DNA of 30,768 bases from a virus (Duplodnaviria > Caudoviricetes), in IMG/VR virus record IMGVR_UViG_3300020363_000013, positions 1 to 30,768 of that record. One strand, written 5' to 3'. Within the stretch, counting starts at the first letter, position 1, and the number at the start of each line of letters is the position of its first letter. Below, one piece after another: positions 26,256 to 30,768 of this stretch. The notes under the pieces are model-generated. The model worked only from the letters and a program-made list of their open reading frames with translations. It was not told the origin of the DNA and searched no databases. A program made the translations under genes and the position numbers.

Positions 26256-26598
26256 AGTATTAACAAAAACTAAAGAAGATGAAGAAGAAACTTTAATTAA
26301 TAATTACATTGATACTGAAGGTAACAATCAAACTGAAGAAGTTATTATTAATACAGTAAACAAAGATGTATGTACTTTTGTTTTTCTTGATGAAGAGCAG
26401 TTAGATTTTCTTGAAGATAGAGTAGTAATAAGAAATGCAGATAATGAAATTGTATTAGAGTTAATGGAATTAAAACGATCTGATTATAACTACTATGAAA
26501 ATGTTACAGACTTACCTTCTGATTGGAAAGGTTGTAAATATAAATACACACCTGATACTGGGTGGGTACTAAATGATGACTGGGTGGATTACGAATAA
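26248..26598 (+). CDS. Acidic fibre-associated protein 2 (116 aa), apparent paralogue of the previous gene
   Basis: GGAG RBS; C-terminal P..W..CKY.Y....GWV.N motif. Confidence 0.75.
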   Translation: MTKVLTKTKEDEEETLINNYIDTEGNNQTEEVIINTVNKDVCTFVFLDEEQLDFLEDRVVIRNADNEIVLELMELKRSDYNYYENVTDLPSDWKGCKYKYTPDTGWVLNDDWVDYE

Positions 26599-26807
26599 TG
26601 TCTGGTCTTACTCCATTAGAACAAGGCAAGTTAATTGAAGCAGTTAACAGACTGTCTGATCAAGTAGAAGATTTAAATGATAGATTGTTAATCATGGAAA
26701 CTCAAGTAGCTAGAGGTAGAGGTCTACTATTTGGAATTATTTTTGCAGCTGGTGGTTTATCAGCTGGCCTTACTAATTTTTTATCAACATATTTTGGAGG
26801 TAACTAA
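26598..26807 (+). CDS. Small coiled-coil protein with C-terminal transmembrane segment (possible lysis/holin-like)
   Basis: Heptad N-terminus then hydrophobic GLLFGIIFAAGGLSAGL; translationally coupled to neighbours. Confidence 0.65.
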   Translation: MSGLTPLEQGKLIEAVNRLSDQVEDLNDRLLIMETQVARGRGLLFGIIFAAGGLSAGLTNFLSTYFGGN

Positions 26808-26950
26808 TGAAAAAATCATTAGCAGTAGTATTTGTTTGTATGTTTACTGTAGTTGGTTGTGCATCTTCACACATAAATGTGACATCACAAGTGCCAACAG
26901 GCAAAAACATATCAATTAAGATAGAAACTACAGACAAAGTAGACAACTAG
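26807..26950 (+). CDS. Small lipoprotein (47 aa, MKKSLAVVFVCMFTVVGCASS...); not in the ORF track
   Basis: GGAGG RBS, TAATG coupling, MKK plus hydrophobic stretch plus lipobox VVG-C18; TAG 26948-26950. Confidence 0.75.
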   Translation: MKKSLAVVFVCMFTVVGCASSHINVTSQVPTGKNISIKIETTDKVDN

Positions 26951-27059
26951 CTCTCTCGCTGTAATAGAAAGCGATACAGAAGGTTTTAGATATTTTGATG
27001 TTATACTATATAGAAGATATTAACTTTAATTCTCCGTGCATTTATGGGAACTTTTTTTC

Positions 27060-27491
27060 ATGATCGCACTACTCGGATCAGCATTAGGCTTTGCTTCAAG
27101 CACAATCCCCTCAGTTTTAGGATTTTTTGAAAAGCGACAGGCTCATAAGCAACAACTTGCATTGCTCGAAGCACAATCTAAACATAAAATGAATATTGCA
27201 AATGCCCAAGCTGATATAGCACAGGCAGAAAATATTTATAAACATGATCAAACCCTGGCACAAGGGTCAGCTAAATGGGTAACAACATTCTCTGCTACTT
27301 GCAGACCGGTAATTACATATCTGTTTTTGTTTTCATATCTTACTGCAAAAACAATTACTATCTGGCAAGCATACACAAGTGGTGTAGAACTACATGAAAA
27401 CTTACACATAATATACTCAGACTTTGATGAAGGCATGGTGTCTTGCATTATAGCGTTCTGGTTTGGACAAAGGGCAATGGCAAAAAGATGA
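27060..27491 (+). CDS. Putative holin (3-TM, GTA-holin-like)
   Basis: Hydrophobic N-terminus, WV...ATCRPVITY and IIAFWFGQR motifs; ATG 27060 preferred. Confidence 0.75.
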   Translation: MIALLGSALGFASSTIPSVLGFFEKRQAHKQQLALLEAQSKHKMNIANAQADIAQAENIYKHDQTLAQGSAKWVTTFSATCRPVITYLFLFSYLTAKTITIWQAYTSGVELHENLHIIYSDFDEGMVSCIIAFWFGQRAMAKR

Positions 27492-27805
27492 CAAAAGAAA
27501 ATTTAAATGTATCGGACAATAGCGTTATAGCAATACCACTAAGAAACTTAGTAAGTCTTGTCGGTGGTGCTATGATATTAGTGTATGGTTATTTTGGTGT
27601 AACAGAAAGATTAAATTTTTTAGAGCATGAGCTAGAGCTACAAGATAAAGATATTATTCTTAACTCTGAGTTTAGAATTAAATGGCCCAGAGGTGAAATG
27701 GGTTCGTTACCAGATGATGCTCGTCAAGATATGATGATTGATTACTTACAAGATGAAGTAAAAATTTTGAAGGAGCTGATGAATGAAAAAGAAACAACAG
27801 ATTGA
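27488..27805 (+). CDS. Membrane-anchored hypothetical protein (105 aa)
   Basis: ATGA overlap with the holin; IPLRNL, one TM segment, then a coiled coil. Confidence 0.7.
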   Translation: MTKENLNVSDNSVIAIPLRNLVSLVGGAMILVYGYFGVTERLNFLEHELELQDKDIILNSEFRIKWPRGEMGSLPDDARQDMMIDYLQDEVKILKELMNEKETTD

Positions 27806-27986
27806 GATAACTGAAGATACTCAAGTGTATGTTATTCCTACTGGAGATAGGATAAGGGTGTGTATAGATCATGAGTCTATATGGAAACCAATGACTGTCA
27901 GTGCTTATATGAATATGATTGCTGGTTGTTTGGATGCTATACAAGAAATAAGAAGAGAAGAAAAAATTTGTAAATGTAAGGAGTAA
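27783..27986 (+). CDS. Hypothetical protein (67 aa)
   Basis: AAGGAG RBS; fills the gap to the next gene. Confidence 0.6.
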   Translation: MKKKQQIEITEDTQVYVIPTGDRIRVCIDHESIWKPMTVSAYMNMIAGCLDAIQEIRREEKICKCKE

Positions 27987-27988
27987 GT

Positions 27989-29026
27989 ATGCCTAGAAGT
28001 CCATTAACTAAAGACCAATTATATGAAGTATTAGAAGCAGACAATGAACATCCTAATAGATATGATGCTGCAAGTTCATTAGGTTTATCTTATCAAACAT
28101 ATTCAGCAAGATTAAATGCTGCAAAAGAAAGACTACCTGACCTTACTAAAGAACCAGACTTTGATATACCAGACCTACCATCAGAAGAATTACCTATTGA
28201 AGAATTGATTGAGTATAAACGAAAGAGATTTCGTACAAGAAAAAAAGCTACTGATGCTCATGAATGGATAGATGTTAAAGTAAATATTGATGGACCAATA
28301 GGTATATTATGGATGGGTGATCCACATATAGATGATAACCATTGTGATTGGGAGAAGTTACACTCTGATGTAGAGTTAATAAAATCTAATCCATCTATTA
28401 AAGGTGCATCAATAGGTGATGTACACAATAATTGGATAGGCCGTCTGTCTTTAAAAATGAGCCCTAGTCAGGAGACAACTGATGCACAAACCTATATGCT
28501 TATTGAATGGTTAATTAATAACATGGACCCACTTATATTAATCCGTGGTAATCATGATAATTGGACACCTAGTGAAAGAGATCCAATGACATGGATGCAA
28601 CAACCAAAGAATATATCTGCTGATTGGCAAGTAAGATTTAGATTAAACTTTCCTAATGGATATTGTCTTTCCGTGGATGCACGCCATGATTACCCAGGTC
28701 ATTCTCAATATTCAAATCTTCATGGTCTGATGAAAGCAAGTCTTTGGAATTCTGATGCTGATCTGTATATTGCTGGTCATAAGCATAACTGGGGGATTCA
28801 GAAGGTTGAGCAAATAAATGGTAAAGTAAGTTCTTTAGTTCGACTAAGAGGTTATAAGTATCACGATCAATATGCAATAGATAAGGGGTTTCATCAACAG
28901 CAACACGGTCAGTCAATTTTGCAAGTGATTGATCCATACTCTTCAAGTGCGTCAAAACAGCTGATGTTTGAGAATGTTGAAGAAGGTCGTGATTATCTGG
29001 AGTTTCTTCAACAGAGAGGTCATTAA
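27989..29026 (+). CDS. Calcineurin-like metallophosphoesterase with N-terminal HTH-like segment
   Basis: GDPH, GDVHNN, RGNHD, RH and GHKH metal-binding motifs in canonical order; N-terminal DAASSLGLSYQTYSARL. Confidence 0.88.
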   Translation: MPRSPLTKDQLYEVLEADNEHPNRYDAASSLGLSYQTYSARLNAAKERLPDLTKEPDFDIPDLPSEELPIEELIEYKRKRFRTRKKATDAHEWIDVKVNIDGPIGILWMGDPHIDDNHCDWEKLHSDVELIKSNPSIKGASIGDVHNNWIGRLSLKMSPSQETTDAQTYMLIEWLINNMDPLILIRGNHDNWTPSERDPMTWMQQPKNISADWQVRFRLNFPNGYCLSVDARHDYPGHSQYSNLHGLMKASLWNSDADLYIAGHKHNWGIQKVEQINGKVSSLVRLRGYKYHDQYAIDKGFHQQQHGQSILQVIDPYSSSASKQLMFENVEEGRDYLEFLQQRGH

Positions 29027-29291
29027 ATATTTTTGTGTAATGTTTAATAGTATTATCGTTTAATTTCTTTACTCCACTAATAATACTTGAATGATCTTTG
29101 TTAAACATATTGCCTATTTGTGTGTAACTTAATGCACCATAGTTTCTAAGCATATACCAAAGTATCCATCTAGCTTCTACTACTTGCTTGTTTCTAACAG
29201 CACCACGTAACTGTTCTTCTGTTACATTGTAGTCTTTACATACAATCATAAGTAATTGTTCTAATTTTTTATTTCTAAATATCATGGGCAT
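28653..29291 (-). CDS. DnaA domain IV (Bac_DnaA_C)-like HTH protein with a long tail overlapping the phosphoesterase gene
   Basis: IVCKDYNVTEEQLRG..R.KQVVEARWILWYMLR....SYTQIGNMFNKDHSSIISGVKKL matches the DnaA C-terminal pattern; GGAGA RBS; only the first ~90 aa are supported by similarity. Confidence 0.8.
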   Translation of the reverse strand: MPMIFRNKKLEQLLMIVCKDYNVTEEQLRGAVRNKQVVEARWILWYMLRNYGALSYTQIGNMFNKDHSSIISGVKKLNDNTIKHYTKIFNDLSVEETPDNHDLLQHSQTSAVLTHLKSMDQSLAKLTDRVAVDETPYLLHIDRDTYNLLVELKNLLYHLFAQPSESPSYAYDQQYTDQHQNSKDLLSSDHEDLNIENDLGNHGVHPRKDNIH

Positions 29292-29332
29292 AGTTCTCCA
29301 ATATATATTATATAAAAATTTTTTCTACTCAC

Positions 29333-29397
29333 AAAAATATCCCCACCTTGTGCCGTTATATTACTCAGCCAAATAAGTAATAATCAAGATGGGGATA
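29333..29397 (-). terminator. Long stem-loop with U-tract downstream of ssb
   Basis: tatccccaccttg (29338-29350) / caagatggggata (29385-29397), one G-U on the minus strand; inner stem 29359-29365/29376-29382; A5 at 29333-29337. Confidence 0.5.
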
Positions 29398-29462
29398 CTA
29401 ATACTATATGAACAACAATGTCTAATCTACCAACATATAGTATTTCTAAAAGGAGTGGTAGA

Positions 29463-29888
29463 TTAGAATGGTATATCTGAGTCGTGACCACCAGTCGCTC
29501 CACCTTGTGGTGGTTTCGCTCCTGATGTTCCCTCTGATTTAGAGTCTAACATTTTAAATGTAGAATTAAATCCTTGCAGTACAACTTCGGTAGTATATTT
29601 TTCTACACCTTCTTTGTCTGTGTATTGTCTTGTTGATAGTTTACCTTCAACAAAAACATTACTACCTTTTGTTACATACTGCTGTATGACTGGAACAAGA
29701 CCTTCGTTAAATACAACTATCTTACTCCATTCTGTTTTTTCTTTTTTCTCACCAGAGTTTTTGTCTTTCCAAGTTTCAGATGTTGCTATACTAAAGGTTG
29801 CAAATCTTCCTCCGTTACTTGTTTCTTTAATCTCTGGGTCTGCTCCTAGTCTACCTATGAGCATTACTTTATTTAAACTTCCTGACAT
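29463..29888 (-). CDS. ssb: Single-stranded DNA-binding protein
   Basis: LNKVMLIGRLGADPE, ATSETWKDK..GE..EKTEW, VEGKL.TR.Y, acidic C-terminal DSDIPF. Confidence 0.97.
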   Translation of the reverse strand: MSGSLNKVMLIGRLGADPEIKETSNGGRFATFSIATSETWKDKNSGEKKEKTEWSKIVVFNEGLVPVIQQYVTKGSNVFVEGKLSTRQYTDKEGVEKYTTEVVLQGFNSTFKMLDSKSEGTSGAKPPQGGATGGHDSDIPF

Positions 29889-30290
29889 TTAGTCCTCCTT
29901 ATTGTTTTGTTTAAAATCATCTGCTTCTACATCACTGTAGAAACTTGAGTACACATCAACACATTTAAGCACAACTCTATCGTGCGCTCGTTTCTCTGCC
30001 ATAGCCAGAGGGTATGCGTTGTGTGTGTTCTTACTGCTGGTCTCACCAAAGGATTCTATTTGTAATCCTGTTACAGTATTCTTTGCAGTAGCTTTAATAT
30101 ATATATTCCCCATGATTTCTTTTGGTTCTCCATAGGTAACTATAATTTTATTGTATGCTGCGATTCTTTGAATAGCTTGGTTACTTAGTATCCATTGTCT
30201 ATTCTGTTTTAATTGCCAGGCTAACTTATCGCTTGGTTCTATATCTGGGCATAATGATTTTATCTTTGCCCATGCTTGTGCTTTATCCAT
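29889..30290 (-). CDS. Putative single-strand annealing (Sak/ERF/Rad52-like) recombinase
   Basis: SFGE..N...YPLAMAEKRAHDRVVLK....YSDVEADDF motif; lies between exonuclease and ssb. Confidence 0.6.
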   Translation of the reverse strand: MDKAQAWAKIKSLCPDIEPSDKLAWQLKQNRQWILSNQAIQRIAAYNKIIVTYGEPKEIMGNIYIKATAKNTVTGLQIESFGETSSKNTHNAYPLAMAEKRAHDRVVLKCVDVYSSFYSDVEADDFKQNNKED

Positions 30291-30768
30291 TGTTTTGCTC
30301 CTTTATTCTAATAGATAGTCTACCAGTTCTATCACGGCTGGCAGTAACACCGTTATGAATAACAGACTTAGCATCGTCTGGTATTAATCCTTTAAGTTTG
30401 TTTTTGTTTTCCTCATTGCTAGTTTTGTGTTTGCTAGCAAGTTTGTTGCTTTGAATTGTATCTTCTGCAATATCTATAAACTCTCTAGCCCAATTATAAT
30501 CTGCGTTCTTGTTTAGATTATATACTATACCACTAGCAGTTACAACCTTTTGTTCTATTGGTGGACCACTAAGCCATGAAAACTCTTGAGATATTTTATA
30601 CCATTGTTCTCTGTCAATACCTTCTGGTTCTCCATCCATATAGAATGCTTCTGGTCTATGCCAAAAATCATATAACCTTTCACCAACTTCTCTTACTCGT
30701 TGCATATAAGTATACAAGTAATCATCATCTCTTTTAACTATATCGTATTCATGTCTTTGGTTACCAAA
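30283..30768 (-). CDS. YqaJ / lambda-exonuclease-like protein, C-terminal part (5' end outside the window)
   Basis: Frame open to the window end: FGNQRHEYDIVKRDDDYL...FW, resembling YqaJ C-terminal regions; synteny exo-annealase-ssb. Confidence 0.65.
   Translation of the reverse strand, partial: FGNQRHEYDIVKRDDDYLYTYMQRVREVGERLYDFWHRPEAFYMDGEPEGIDREQWYKISQEFSWLSGPPIEQKVVTASGIVYNLNKNADYNWAREFIDIAEDTIQSNKLASKHKTSNEENKNKLKGLIPDDAKSVIHNGVTASRDRTGRLSIRIKEQNNG

Noticed and set aside
26731-26919. Track ORF of 62 aa
   Set aside because: Overlaps two better-supported, translationally coupled genes (26598..26807 and the lipoprotein 26807..26950).
29428-29443. NrdR-box-like sequence taccaacatatagtat
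   Set aside because: Single imperfect match, no nrd gene nearby, and already explained as one arm of an inverted repeat.

Overview
AT-rich fragment covering most of a tailed dsDNA bacteriophage genome with podovirus-type (T7-like structural) morphogenesis genes. The gene content resembles marine podoviruses; that affiliation is an impression from protein motifs, not a database result. The + strand carries terS, terL, portal, scaffold, a GNAT/gp13-like gene, major capsid, tail tubes A/B, three internal virion proteins, two fibre-like proteins (one 1562 aa with collagen repeats), lysis-like membrane genes and a metallophosphoesterase. The - strand carries genes at both edges: unknown genes on the left; a YqaJ-like exonuclease, an annealing protein, SSB and a DnaA-domain-IV protein on the right. 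No polymerase, integrase, endolysin, tRNA or CRISPR array is visible. The most striking non-protein signal lies at the only divergence point of the window (about 760-1530). There, two back-to-back long imperfect hairpins each contain an inverted, bulge-interrupted copy of the ribosome-binding site and first codons of the adjacent divergent gene. They are hinged on a small palindrome and followed by a consensus sigma70 promoter with a 14-bp palindrome in its spacer. Two further cis-elements stand out: a recurrent GTGCGTTGC motif ahead of late modules, and a capsid leader with two nested CCC...GGATAA stem modules.
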